Shown here: positions 37,301 through 49,099 of the stretch, piece by piece
Layout: every line of letters begins with the position of its first letter
How positions within the stretch are numbered: the first letter of the stretch is position 1
Assembly: GCA_002104905.1 (NCBI GenBank)
Contig: MCFE01000098.1
Location: forward strand, 108,587-172,586
Direction: 5' to 3'
Source: Basidiobolus meristosporus CBS 931.73
Lineage: Eukaryota > Fungi > Basidiobolomycota
DNA length: 64,000 nucleotides
The notes under the pieces: model-generated
The model's database searches: none
Told to the model about the DNA's origin: nothing
What the model saw: the letters and a program-made list of their open reading frames with translations, nothing else
Position numbers and translations under genes: made by a program

Positions 37301-38023
37301 GCCTGGCCCAGGATGACTAATCCTGCCTTCGATTTAGGTTGTCTGTGTTGCTGCCAATTCCGAGTACGATGTTCTCGTCAGTGGATCCAAGGTACGGTTG
37401 CGTGTGTGAACGGAGATTGCTTCCGGAGAAGCTGCTAACGTATCTGTGTAGGATGGAACGTGCGTTGTACATTCGCTACGACAAGGCCATTACATTCGGA
37501 CGTTATCGCCAGCCTACGATGATGACGCCTCGGTGAATATCGTTCGTATATCAAAGCATGGGAACATTCTGATCTATTCCGAGAGTCAGGTACTTATCCA
37601 CCGTTTGCCCCTGCAAATCGCAAATCAGCTATTTACACTGCTACAGGAATCCGCCTCACTTCACGTATTCAACATCAATGGAAGACTTCTCAAATCACTG
37701 GTTCTCCTCCAGCACCTAAATGATATCATCTTCACGCATTCCGGTGATTACCTGATCGCAGCTGACTGTCATGCCAACGTACTGATCTTCCGGACATATG
37801 AGTATGTGCTTTGTGTTACACTGACTCATCTGAGACGTGTTATGCTCGGTTGACAACTAACCCTTTGGTTGTTTCTAGCCTCCAGTTTCACTATACTTTC
37901 GAGACCCTAATACCGGTCTATTGCATCTCCCTATCACAAAGCGAGCGCCAAATGTTTCTGGGCGGCGACGACGGCAGGCTCATCGTGCTCTCGATGAACC
38001 TCAAGGAGAACCCCCGCGAATAG
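28384..38023 (+). CDS. Large BEACH-domain protein (neurobeachin/LRBA/NBEAL-like): ConA-like, PH-BEACH, BEACH, WD40
   Basis: GYTFFTW...[112 protein letters not shown]; C-terminal WD40 repeats. The exact splice near 33772-33860 is unresolved. Confidence 0.9.
37278..37337 (+). other. GC-AG intron in the BEACH gene
   Basis: gag|GCATGT...GACTAAT...TTTAG|gtt restores HNNE-VVCVAANSEYDVLVSGS of a WD40 repeat; 60 nt long. Confidence 0.75.
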
Positions 38024-38242
38024 CATTGTGTATATTTCTCTGACACGCTTGGATTCGACGCATTTATTTATTACGCATTGTACATCCGTTACTTTAATGA
38101 TTACATAAAGAAGGCCAGATGCGCTTGGAATGTTACTTTATTTTGTACCGATACGAATATTAGTCAATGAGTGAGCATGAAGGTGGGCAGACATGGATGC
38201 ATATGTATATATATGTTACATAATTACTCCTCTCTTTAAGGA

Positions 38243-38815
38243 TTAGATGAGCTTTTGGGCGGTTGTGTGGATAGGGGATTCGCTGAGGGAGTTCACGGTA
38301 TCCGATTCGAAGAAACGGATGGCCTCGCTTGCATGATGGCCTTCCTCAGCGTCCAACCAGTCTGCCTTCAGGGGCTGGCGTGACACGTTTCCGTCAGATT
38401 GGCGCCTCTCGAACTGGATGGAGGAGGCGATGCTGTGAACGTTCAACCCAACAGGGTTGTAGATGGTATCCTGGAGGACGGAGCGCATAGCCTCCTGGGC
38501 ATAGCCCTGATCCTCGGAAGTACTCAGCCAGTCTCTACGGATGGCTTTCCATGGCTTCCTGGAATGCTCCTGCTCGCTTTCGTAGTTGCCGATCTTGTGG
38601 ATCTTGAGTTCGCCCAGGGCGCTCACCGTCTCCTCGTTAACAGAGCGCATGGCCTCTTGGGCATACGAATGGCTCTCCTCGGCATCCATCCAGTCTCTCT
38701 GGTGGACTTGGACAGCCTGGTTCTGAACAGTATACTTGCGAGCGCCGGCTGTCATTGCAACGCGGGAGGGCATCGCGAAGGACAGTTTGAAGGCTACAGA
38801 TTTAATCAAGGACAT
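38243..38815 (-). CDS. Uncharacterised 190-aa protein with predicted mitochondrial presequence and three DW...AxEAxR repeats
   Basis: Intronless ORF. Residues 1-28 lack acidic residues and end R-K-Y|T. Repeats start at D41, D95 and D152. Confidence 0.72.
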   Translation of the reverse strand: MSLIKSVAFKLSFAMPSRVAMTAGARKYTVQNQAVQVHQRDWMDAEESHSYAQEAMRSVNEETVSALGELKIHKIGNYESEQEHSRKPWKAIRRDWLSTSEDQGYAQEAMRSVLQDTIYNPVGLNVHSIASSIQFERRQSDGNVSRQPLKADWLDAEEGHHASEAIRFFESDTVNSLSESPIHTTAQKLI

Positions 38816-39683
38816 GTGGATGGGAGAGCTGGTTGATGAATAGCAGAGACCGACTCGAACGGATTATAAATACTCGGAGGTCGGTGGGACACAAAGAACC
38901 AAGATAAATGAAATTGAGATACACGTACAAATCAGCAGATAAAACCGAGTGGAGATTTTAGGGCTAGCGGCTGGCAGCCACCGGTCTGAATGTTTCATCC
39001 AGCAAAAGTGGGAAATGAACCAAGATGCGATCTACGTGCACTTCGTAACCAACCCATCTGCATCATGCCCTTTGCGACCAACTCTGTTGCCAACCCGTAC
39101 GTGTCACCAATATGAAACCGTTGTACGCTTCCCCTGTGGGAGATGCTTTTTAGTGAGAAATTTCGTAGTCCGTGTTCATCTGAAACAACCAGTGTTAGTC
39201 ATCCGTCGGACCGGTGTTTGTCATGAGACAATCAGGCCTGGATATGTCATTTATTGGTTGGCATCAACATACAAACTCTATGAGCAATCATTAATCCATG
39301 ATTTGCTGCAGTCACCTTTCCATACACGTGTATTGGTTGCAGATTGTGACAATCTCACATGTCTGACTACGCAGGCGATGATTGGAGCATTGGATTGGCC
39401 CGTCCAATGGCCGCCCCGCATCCAATCTTGAGAGCCAGGCTTTGAATCCTGTTTGCCATGCTGCTGTTGACCGAGAGGTTTCGGCCATGGCTCGGTCTGG
39501 AGGGTCGGCCCAGCATGTTCAGCCATGGTCAATCCGATTGAAAATGACACATTGGTCCAACCCTTGCCTCCGAGCGAATCCTTCGGCTAGCCACCACTTC
39601 CCACAGACTCGCTCATTCAAGCGTTCATTCCACACCGAATCGAGAGATTGAGGGGGTATAAATATTGCGCAAATAGGAGGAAT

Positions 39684-39785
39684 GGTTCATCAACAACCGC
39701 TAGGTGCGGAGTAAACGGGTGGAGGCATGCACGCTCCTCCCTAACCCTTCTTCGCCCCTATGCCGCTCCTACTTGGGTTGTTTTT
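39684..39785 (+). ncRNA. Candidate structured small RNA or structured 5' UTR carrying a CUAACCCU motif
   Basis: TATAAAT 39657-39663; nested stems AACAACC/GGTTGTT, TAGGTGCGG/CCGCTCCTA and GGAGG/CCTCC; TTTTT at 39781-39785. Confidence 0.35.
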
Positions 39786-40231
39786 AAGATCCACTGTGAT
39801 TGACAGTTAAATATAGGGATCCAGGAAGATTTCCCTGAGTGGGGCAGGAAAGCTTATTCGAATGCCAAGAGTATACATCGGGAATTAGGCAATTAATGAT
39901 GGTGTTGGTGATGTTGATGGTGGTTTTGGAATCTCATCTATTGTTGATGTGTTGATGTTGCTGGCTTTGGAATGCCTCCTCGATATGAATATACATCCGC
40001 AATCCCTGAACTGGTCTCTCATGGATGGAGGTTTCTTAGGAGATTTCCGAGGAGCCGCTGGTTGATAGAAAAGTGACCGGCTTCCTGGCACTCTCGTTAT
40101 TGTTTCCTCACTTGCGATTTTGTAGGGATTCTTTACGCCGTATCATGGTTCACTTTGTCACCTCCTTTTTGTATTGATTCCACCACGAACAAGCTGAGCT
40201 TTTTTCCTCCCCTTCCGTGTCCCTTGAAACC

Positions 40232-42079
40232 ATGATCAGAACCAACCTAGCACTTTGGGGGTGTCTCATACTGCAGTTTTCCTGTCTCATCCAACCCATG
40301 ATAGTCACGAAATACAATGTAACTATTCCCTCCTGCGACCCTTTCGGCCAGCAGCAGAACCCGTTCAACCACACCGGAGTCTTGGTAAAGGCTCTGGTGG
40401 ATTGTAAAAACGCGAACCACACCTTTATCGATATTCCCACCAAGATCCAACTCAGCCAAAACGTCACCAAAACCATGCTTGTTGTGCGCAGAAACGGGAG
40501 CTGTCTGGACGACCAGGTGATTTTCGACTCACTTCACACACTGTCACTCCATATCCCCTAACCATAGCCTTAGTTTTCCACAATTCTCCACAAGCAGCTG
40601 CTTGAAAAGCTGAGCACCATCGGCCTTCCTAACTCCGTGGTCCTTCTATACCCAATTTCACCCGGCCTCAATGTGTGCACGCGAACCTTCGCCCCGAGCT
40701 TTGCCAACAACCCCCTGGTTATCGGGCAGGCGATCATACCACAGGCCTATGTGTTTTCCGAGTATAACGCAACCGGGGGACTTATGACGTTGCAGGTGTC
40801 CCAAGGTATTTCTTGATTTGGTTTATTGGTGAAGCTTCAGAGCCAAGCTGACGACTTTGTGGCCAGAAACAAATCCCTGGAATACCCTGGTAAACTCCCA
40901 GCTATATAGCATTCAGTACTGGGTATTCTTTGCGTTGGTAGGCTGCTCACTTTGGAATGCCTCGAGTGTTGTCGTCCTGACCGGTTGTTTGTAGAAAGTG
41001 ACAGGCGCGTCCATTCTCCTGTTCTACATCCTGAAGGTGATGTTCCGGGGGTTCTTTGAAAAGAACATACGCACCGCACTTGCGTTCCTCATGATGACGT
41101 ATCTGCTTGGTTGGTGCACGCCTTGGTATCGGTCCGAATCGAGCCAACCACTAACTTCACTACGCTGCTTTCTAGCCACAGCCTTTTTCCCTTGGGACGC
41201 GTTGGACGAATTGATCTTTGTGGATCCCGTCAAGGCAATATTCGAATATGATTTGCTGCGCTCGAGCACATTCAAGGTCTACGTAGTGTTGGCATACCTA
41301 TTGGGGATAGTAAGCTGCTACCTGTTGACCGTCACATGGTTGGTATTCTGCGCAGGCCTGCATCGTGAGGCGTCAATTAAGCATTTTTACCAACACAAGG
41401 TGCCGCGTGATGATGCTTGTCCACAACGTCCGTCTGTTCCGCGTTTTTCTGATCACCAGCTGGGTATCTTGCGTTTGCTACCTTGTCTCCACGGTGCTTT
41501 GTGTGGCTAGTCACTATGTGCCGGAGGAGCTGCTGGAGCGGGTCACCCTTGTTATCCTCTACCTGAACCTCGGCCTGCTATGCTTTTGGATTCTGCTGGC
41601 CTGTATATCAGGTATGAGCACTGATCTGAGTTAAACGAAACCTGATGTTGGGCCTCAATTTATTTGATACATAGCGGTCAACTTCACGTGGTGTCTAAAC
41701 CATCCAGATATGTCGATGGGTTCTCGCAAGCGCATGCGACTGGTGGGTACCAGTTACTTCAATGATAGCTAAGCTAACCCTGGATTTATAGATCACGTTG
41801 GCCATGCTGTTCATGCTGCTCAGTTTCCTGGGCCAGCGGTTGGCAAACATCTTACTGTCTTTGAACAACGTCTACGCGTTCATTGTTCCGGCATTGGTCT
41901 ACTCTATAGCCGAGGTGGTGACTTACGGGATCACCCTCGGGTTTGTGTGCTTCGTGAACTCGGTAGAATCCGCCGACGGCGCATACGTGGATTATTGGGA
42001 ACCCTCATGCTACGTCCATTTTGGTACCGGTCAATCGGAGCTGGATAGACTGACCTCCGCCCAGGCGCTACCCTATTAA
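40232..42079 (+). CDS. Multi-exon membrane protein: signal peptide, PA-like glycosylated ectodomain, several TM helices
   Basis: N-terminal hydrophobic leader, N-x-T/S sites, ETNPWNTLVNS..YWVFFAL followed by hydrophobic segments across ORFs 40998-41510 and 41798-42079; several GT-AG introns. Confidence 0.6.
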
Positions 42080-42216
42080 GCCTGGCCTCGCCATCCCTCT
42101 TGTACATCATCTTCCTTTGGTTAGCTATCTATTAAAAGTAACGCGAGTGGTGCTTGATTCTATGTTTAATGGTACAACAGCATGGATATCTTAGTCATAG
42201 GAAACAAGGGACGGCA

Positions 42217-43189
42217 TCAGCGGCGCTTCAGCAATTCGAACACTGTCATGGAGATGACGGTGTTGGGTGTGGCCCACAGCACCCGAGCCAGCATTCCTCG
42301 AGTGAAGGCTCGGAGCCCCCCTTCTTTTAGCCACATGTGTTTCATGATCTCCCAGGATGACTTCAGTTCCCCTTGTCTGTTTGCGACCTGCCATCTCGTC
42401 TTAACAATATCCAGGGTGTTCGAGGTGGCCGCGGCAATGCTACAAGCTCCGGCGGAGCTAAGTATGTAGGCCCATGGGGGAAGTACGTCGTCAGTTACCG
42501 ACCCCTTGTGTACTTTGTAGCTAGATATCCAGGACTTGAACTTCTCATAGGTTACGAAATAAATCACGGTATATGGCACGAACACGCCAAGTGTGATCCA
42601 ATAACCCTGATAAAATCCTCGTAAGCCATCCCTAGAGTAGATCTGCCTGGCTAGCCGAGCAGTGTCTGAGCCGGATAGCTCGCTTGCTACACCAGGCGAA
42701 TACTTGCGCCCCACCAATTTCAACCGTTCGGCGACTTGGAGTCGGTTCTTCATCACCTCCATCGGTGTCCAGAACAAGCCGGAGAGTACCTCGGCACATA
42801 GGCCAGAGATCATGTGGTTCGCAGCGTTGTCCTTCCCCAGTCCCCCTACTTCAGATAGCTTCGCTTTCACATAATCGTAGGTTGTTAGGTACACAGAAAG
42901 TCCGGGTACGGAGAAGGCCAGTGCCACCGGAAGCCCGCGATAAAACGCGGTGGACGACTCCTTTCGTAAAATCGTCTGGGCGGCTCCAACCACGCTTTCG
43001 CGTGAGCCAAGCGACACTTGTAGTCGGGTTTTTACTGTGTCCACTAAAATGGCGAGGGAGGGAAGAAAGGTCAGTCACAGCACAAGGGTTCCTAGCCGTA
43101 AAAGAAGTATAGCTACGTGGATGAGTACACACTCTGGCAACAAGCGCAGCCACGCTAGAAGCGGCGATATTGTATTCATCGAACGGCAT
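42217..43189 (-). CDS. Mitochondrial carrier family (SLC25) protein, 2 exons
   Basis: Three Px[DE]xx[KR]xR signatures: HP|.DTVKTRLQ, TPMEVMKNRLQ, NTLDIVKTRWQ. Confidence 0.9.
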
Positions 43190-43301
43190 GGAGCTCCAAC
43201 TGAAAAGACAATTCTGGGACAAGCTCTAATGGTGGCACTATCTAGGAAATATAATCATCATCATCACCATCATTAACATCATCGGAATCTTGCTCAACTA
43301 G

Positions 43302-43374
43302 ATGGAGGTTGGTGTGTAATCCTGCCTAAGTAAATGGAGGTTGATATATAATCCTGCTTAAGTAAATGGAGGTT
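43302..43374. repeat. 32-bp tandem repeat (~2.3 copies) in the divergent promoter between carrier and hydrolase genes
   Basis: ATGGAGGTT starts at 43302, 43334 and 43366 with TAATCCTGC(C/T)TAAGTAA between copies. Confidence 0.85.
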
Positions 43375-43880
43375 TTTTAAACCCACGCTTTGTATCCCCA
43401 GAGCAGGATACCATTCTCAATACACCACAACGATGTATTTATACAAAACGCCATTAGTCGACACCATTGAGCCTCATCCATGCCTTATCTCCTAATCTAG
43501 ATTCCAACTACTGATTCGACATGTGTCACTGATAAAGCACAACTTGCTTAGCTTTGAGGAATTCTCTTTGGTTGGAGCATCGCCAGTTCCCACTAGACTA
43601 TTGCTGGAATGGCTTTAAATGGCTGATTCGTCATTCAGCTACAAATTTAAAAGCCTTCAGCTCGTCGGTCGAGTCCACTTGATGATTTGATAGAATAGTA
43701 TTTAGCACGCGTGGGAAGCCATCTGAGCCCTCTATTTCTCCACAACACACAGCACTTCTCCTAAAATTCATAGTCCACTTCCAACAAAGCATGCTACATT
43801 GGGCTTTGACAACTGGTAAAAGCATTTATCCAGGTTTTCGAACCGTATTGGAATAAAAGTTGAGCTTTGTTGTGACGGTG

Positions 43881-45118
43881 ATGTTAACCTTTTGCTCGTT
43901 CGATCTTTGGTGTGCACTAGTACTTTCACTCCCTCGCGCCCTGATCCATTTTGTTCGCAAGGATCGTAGGGTACACTCTTGGACCATATTGCAATATATA
44001 CTATCCTCACAGTGCCGGAACACTCTTCGCCTCACCTCTCTTTCCAACCTCCGTATACTCTTTACGCTGGGAACCCGACTCCGTTCGCTCCTACACCACA
44101 CTCCCCAGGGGACTGCGCTTCTGGTCAAAGATTTCCACATACCCTCTTATTGGATAGGAAACGCCCGATACCTAAGCAAAGCCTCGCCCAAGTCTCTCGA
44201 CTACGTCATCCTCTATGCCCACGGTATTCCCTCTCCCATGGCCACTTTTCCGTTTTGCATTTGTATTGACCTTACTTGGGACCCGAAGGAGGAGGCTTTT
44301 GCATAGGAAACGCCAAGATGCACCTGTCCACACATCTCGAATGGCTTGCGCAGATCGAAAAGCAAACCAACCTGGCCGGCTGCATCTTCTCCATCGAATA
44401 CGGTAAGCAGCACTTGTTCCGTGGTTGTTGAGAGTGAGAGCACTTGTTCACGCAGAGCCCACCTAGACTTGGCCCCCGAGTGCACTTTCCCAAAGCCTAT
44501 ATTCCAGATGAAAGAGGCTTATGAGTACTTGGTGAACACGCTGCACATCAGTCCCAGCAAAATATTCCTTGGTATGTTGTTCAGAAGGATGTGCCAGGCC
44601 TACTTCTCACGCTAACGCCTATCGTAGCTGGCGACTCTGCCGGTGGCAATATCGCAATTTCTAGTGCAGTCCATATTCGAGAGGCTGGCCTGCCTATGCC
44701 CGCTGGCATGATACTGGTGTCTCCATGGGTGGACCTTGACTCCGAATCGGAGTCCAGCCTTCAGAACCAGGACTTCGATATCGTGACACCCGAGTCGCTT
44801 ATCAATTGGGCAAGCCTATATATGGGAAAGAATCCCTTTGTTACCGGATCACCACTATTTGCTGACCTGAGTGATCTCCCACCAATGCTGATATTTGCCG
44901 GAGGAAAGGAGATCTTATTGGACGACATCCTGGAATTCGACAGGATGGCCACTCGGTGCGGGATATACGTCGACTTCGTGGTAATCTCGGACATGGTTCA
45001 TTGCTGGCCCTTGTTCAGGGAATTCTCCGGGGACAAGCTTCACCAAATGGCCACGGACATGATAGCGAGATTCGTCGATACGTCGCTGAGCAAGTCGCCG
45101 GAGAAGCTCGCCTCGTGA
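43881..45118 (+). CDS. Alpha/beta hydrolase, hormone-sensitive lipase family (Say1/steryl-acetyl hydrolase-like), 4 exons
   Basis: LYAH|GGGF oxyanion motif, IEY|DLAPE, L|AGDSAGGN nucleophile, SPWVDL, LPPMLIFAGGKEILLDD and DMVHCW; N-terminal hydrophobic anchor. Confidence 0.88.
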
Positions 45119-45352
45119 TCGCCGGCTTGCTCCTTGTTACCCGTTCTGTATTCTTTTGTAATGATCAGTGTTGATAATCGTGTAGATGTGAAGTAAGGTT
45201 TAGTAAAACGATTGCAGTGCGATGGATTTGCGCTGGATTTGCCCAAGCCATCCCTGTTGTACATCATTCCCCCATTCCGGAATAAATCGGACTCGAATAA
45301 TCAGGTTGAAGGGTTTATTTTACATCTAGGGTGGTACATGGACAGGGGTTCT

Positions 45353-45811
45353 CTACATTACAAACAGAAGCCCAGCCGAGAGGATCAACGCCAAGGACAG
45401 GCAATCAGTTTTGCTGGCTCCATTTAGAATGCTAAGGGGCGTTGTGCTTGGGTTGCTATCCCCCGAAAGCGAGCTAGGGGAGCTAGGTTCGGTTGGGGTG
45501 GGGCTGGGCGTGGGCGTGGACGTGTAATACGGACAGTATCTTTCAACCACGGACTGTTGATAGGAAAAATAAGCCTGAACGCCGGGGTCCTTGGGGCAAT
45601 AATAGGTGCAATGAACGTAACCCTTTGCCTGGCGACAGTTGCAGTCGATGTCGTTGCGATCACATGCCATCGTTTCCAGATTTGCAACGCAGCTGTTGTA
45701 GGTTGCAGGCATTGAGCAGTGCTTTTCGTCGACTTCTTTGGGGATGTATAGCTCAGCCGCGTGAGCCCCGCACACTAGAGCAGCTGCAGCAACCAAGGTA
45801 GAGAACCTCAT
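45353..45811 (-). CDS. Small secreted 8-Cys CFEM-like protein with P/S/T linker and GPI-type C-terminus
   Basis: Signal peptide; CxxxDxxCxC and CxxxC spacing; TPTPSPTPTEPSS linker; hydrophobic tail. Confidence 0.7.
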   Translation of the reverse strand: MRFSTLVAAAALVCGAHAAELYIPKEVDEKHCSMPATYNSCVANLETMACDRNDIDCNCRQAKGYVHCTYYCPKDPGVQAYFSYQQSVVERYCPYYTSTPTPSPTPTEPSSPSSLSGDSNPSTTPLSILNGASKTDCLSLALILSAGLLFVM

Positions 45812-46374
45812 TTTGTAGGAAAAGAAAAACCCTCGAGCCCATCACATTTATATCGCCCATTGTTTTCGTCAGAGAGGCAAAAGATAATCCATTTATGGGG
45901 ATCGGATCAAATGGAAAGGAAGCGGGTCCTCAGCTAGAACCGACTGTGGAGTGTATGGAAAAACAGATTAGCATTCGGCACAGCATGGTTATGCATGCCA
46001 AAGGGGAGATCTTGATAAATCAACACATGCACCAATGGGCTTCGGAGTTGGTGGATGCGGTGCACATAGTCCGATACCATCAAGTGGAGGGCTGAGGGCT
46101 CAGAAAAGGGATAATGAGATGCATAACCAATACTCTGGCTCACAATGCTTTATATCTCTATAGATGCTGAATTGATATGATTCGTATCAGGGCCAGTGAC
46201 GGCATTGATTAGGAAGAAACTGAGGTTTGAGACTGTCACAACAGCTGGAATTCAGGATGCAAGGCGGATCTTCAGGAGTACCACTAGGTGCGGGCCTTAT
46301 CCGGGAATATAAAACGCTCCAGCAAGCACCATTTGTCATCGAGGACCTCCTTGAATGACCCGCCGCTCAACAAA

Positions 46375-47173
46375 ATGAACCTCGTTAGAGATGAGAATGA
46401 GAATAGGGCAATTGGCTCCCGCCAAGCCGAGAGTCTAAACCAGTGTATTAAGCGTCGAAACCGCCTAAGTCCACAGCAGGCCAGTCGATTGATGCAAATA
46501 TTCGAGCAAACAACGAAGCCCAGAACCGAGCTCAGGCGGACCTTAGCCAAAGAGCTTGGGATGAACCCTCGTGCCGTTCAAATATGGTTTCAGAATCGCC
46601 GACAAAAACTAAAGAAGGAGCATCAGGAAGCGCAACTTATAGAGCCCAGTCGAATTCTGACCGCGCCCATATCATTTAGTCTTGAGTCGAGTCAAATTCC
46701 AAGTACTCTTGATGGTGACCCATCAGTCTACAACACCATAGGCTCCACAGAAAATCAGCATCAGCCGTTTAATTTTGCCCTCCATAGTGAACTTTCAGGC
46801 CCGTATCCGGTCGATGTCTCCATGTACCCGAGTAGCTGTACCCCGACAGGATTCGAAAGTTCTAATCAATGTATAGCTTTAAGCAGTGTCTCGGCAACTG
46901 TTTAGTTATTAATATGTTCTTTTGGTGTATTTTGTAGGTGAGAGATCCATGGCAAGAAAACTTCCGCACAATCTTGAGATTGGTCAACTTAGCCCTACTG
47001 GAAGCAGCACATACCCCTGGCCTGGATTCAGCATATCAAATACTCCCAACTTTGACGGAAGTGAGAGTTATATAATGAATAATGTCGATTCTTTTCATGT
47101 TACCATGCCGGATAGTCACCCGAAAAAACTGGACATATTCAATAACTTCAGCCATATATCCTACCACATGTAA
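46375..47173 (+). CDS. Homeodomain transcription factor, 2 exons
   Basis: KRRNRLSPQQASRLMQIFEQ..P....R..LAKELGMNPRAVQIWFQNRRQK; TATAAAA upstream of ATG 46375; intron near 46900-46938. Confidence 0.88.
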
Positions 47174-47563
47174 GTATAGTTAGTATAGCGCGGATTGTAT
47201 CTCATAAAGTAGCCCGATTCAACTCGCATGTCTTTCCATCTCCAATTTTGTTGGTTTACGGATTGCAACAAGTATGACAATCCATCCTCAACAGGCTCCC
47301 GTATAAGGCTCCCGTATAAATAAAGATCTAAGCAATATTGAGATCATATTACACATGTTATGACATGATCGGCCGTGAATCATTGGCTCCTCCATCAGGA
47401 ATGGAGTTCTTCTAACAAGTCAGCATTTCGTGACAAGTACAGTCAATGCTTACTTCATTCTAGGGTAAGAAACATCTACGCCAACAAGTGTAGAATGCAG
47501 TGTATGCACAACTATAAAAACTCCCAGCAGTAATAATCCATTCTTCAATCCAGTACTTACACT

Positions 47564-48577
47564 ATGAGATCAATCGCCATCCTATTCACCACTGCCTTGG
47601 CTTTAGCCTCCTCCACTTCCGCATATCCAGCTCAGGTTACGGTCACAACCACCACCGTTGTCACGGTACAGCCCACAGATGCAGCCACTGCAACCCAAAG
47701 CTCAACTGAGCCAAATCCAACTCAGTCCAACGGCAATATCCCGGGCCAGGGTGGTTTCGGGGGAATGGGCGACAGTATCTCCGACAACTGCCAGAATGCT
47801 ATCAGGGGGATCGTGGTCACCGCAGAGGGTCAGCAATCTTGCCTACCAGTAATGCAGCTCGCACCAATCTGGAACCAAACGCTGTATGATTCAACGAACA
47901 TTGCGCAATATATTTCTCAGGGATTGGATGTGCTATGTCAGGCACCAGAATGTTCCGCTGACACTCTGAGTGCAGCATCTCAGCAACTAAAGAGCAACTG
48001 CAATTCCAAAGACGAGAACAGTCTCCTGGTGAAGACAGTATCCGGGTTGGTCAACAACTACGGAGCGGCTAGAAAGCTTGGCTGTGAAAAGTTGCCAAAC
48101 GATAACAATAGTGATGGGAGCACCGAGGGCAACAACGAGAATGGAGATGACACGAATAACAACTCCGACGCGAACACCGCATACTGTGTAGCTGACGCCA
48201 CCCAGTTCTACCTCAACAAGGGTCTGCTTATCCTGACCGGGAAGTGGAAAGAAAACCCAGAGCAGCTGTGTCCCCCCTGCGCCAACACCTGGTACTCAGA
48301 TATCAAGGAGTTGGAGCCTCAGTATGAGGACCTGAAGGAATGGAAGCTGGCTGAGCAGCTTGAAGAGGTTTGCCCCTATCTCAAGAATAGCACCTCCACC
48401 TCCACCACCACTGGCTCACCGTCTGCAGAGTCACCAACTCAAGCCACTGAGACAACCGAACCAACTCCCGCCGAGAGTCAAACGGGCAACGCCGACTCAC
48501 CAGCAGCCACGCCCACCCCACAGCCCTCAGATGGAGATCAGTCCTCCACTGTGGTTATTGTCACCACTACACAGTAA
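47564..48577 (+). CDS. Secreted Cys-rich protein with Thr/Ser/Pro-rich termini, tandem copy 1
   Basis: Signal peptide, central disulfide-rich core and O-glycosylation-type tails; TATA at ~47513. Confidence 0.8.
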   Translation: MRSIAILFTTALALASSTSAYPAQVTVTTTTVVTVQPTDAATATQSSTEPNPTQSNGNIPGQGGFGGMGDSISDNCQNAIRGIVVTAEGQQSCLPVMQLAPIWNQTLYDSTNIAQYISQGLDVLCQAPECSADTLSAASQQLKSNCNSKDENSLLVKTVSGLVNNYGAARKLGCEKLPNDNNSDGSTEGNNENGDDTNNNSDANTAYCVADATQFYLNKGLLILTGKWKENPEQLCPPCANTWYSDIKELEPQYEDLKEWKLAEQLEEVCPYLKNSTSTSTTTGSPSAESPTQATETTEPTPAESQTGNADSPAATPTPQPSDGDQSSTVVIVTTTQ

Positions 48578-49099
48578 ATCTTGTAAGCATGAATGTAGCT
48601 TTGTAAATCTATCCCAACACACGAACCAATATGAATAAATATCACTTATTATCAATACGTTTTCCCACAAATGGTCAAAATTAAACAGAATTCGAAACCA
48701 TACGTAAATAGAACAGTCACACTTACTCGCAACAATCATATTACGCCATAAACAGGGATTACGAGCAAATGGTTGGTGCCTCCAACAGCGATAGAATTCT
48801 TCTATTAATAGTTAGACAAATCATCATATCATGAATAGTGTGCTCAGATGTAATGGTGGTTGAGAGAGTAAATAAGGCAAGGCTTACTTCATCCCCATCG
48901 CTATGACCTGGTCCATACACTACAGATAGTCCTCACTTCTTGGCATGATGAAAGTATTTCCCATTTTCGGATCATCTTTCCGCTCGGAATCAGAATCGTT
49001 ACTATTTACGTAACAACATATGTATCTCTCGAAGTATAAAAGGATAAGTTGTCACCTTGCTAGCAGTCATTATTCATTCTTCAATCCAGCACTTACACT

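Noticed and set aside
2761-47318. Tiny direct repeats at 2761-2784, 27683-27723 and 47293-47318, and (TA)n/(GGGAGA)n tracts at ~16600 and ~19420
   Set aside because: Ordinary slippage repeats with no further structure.
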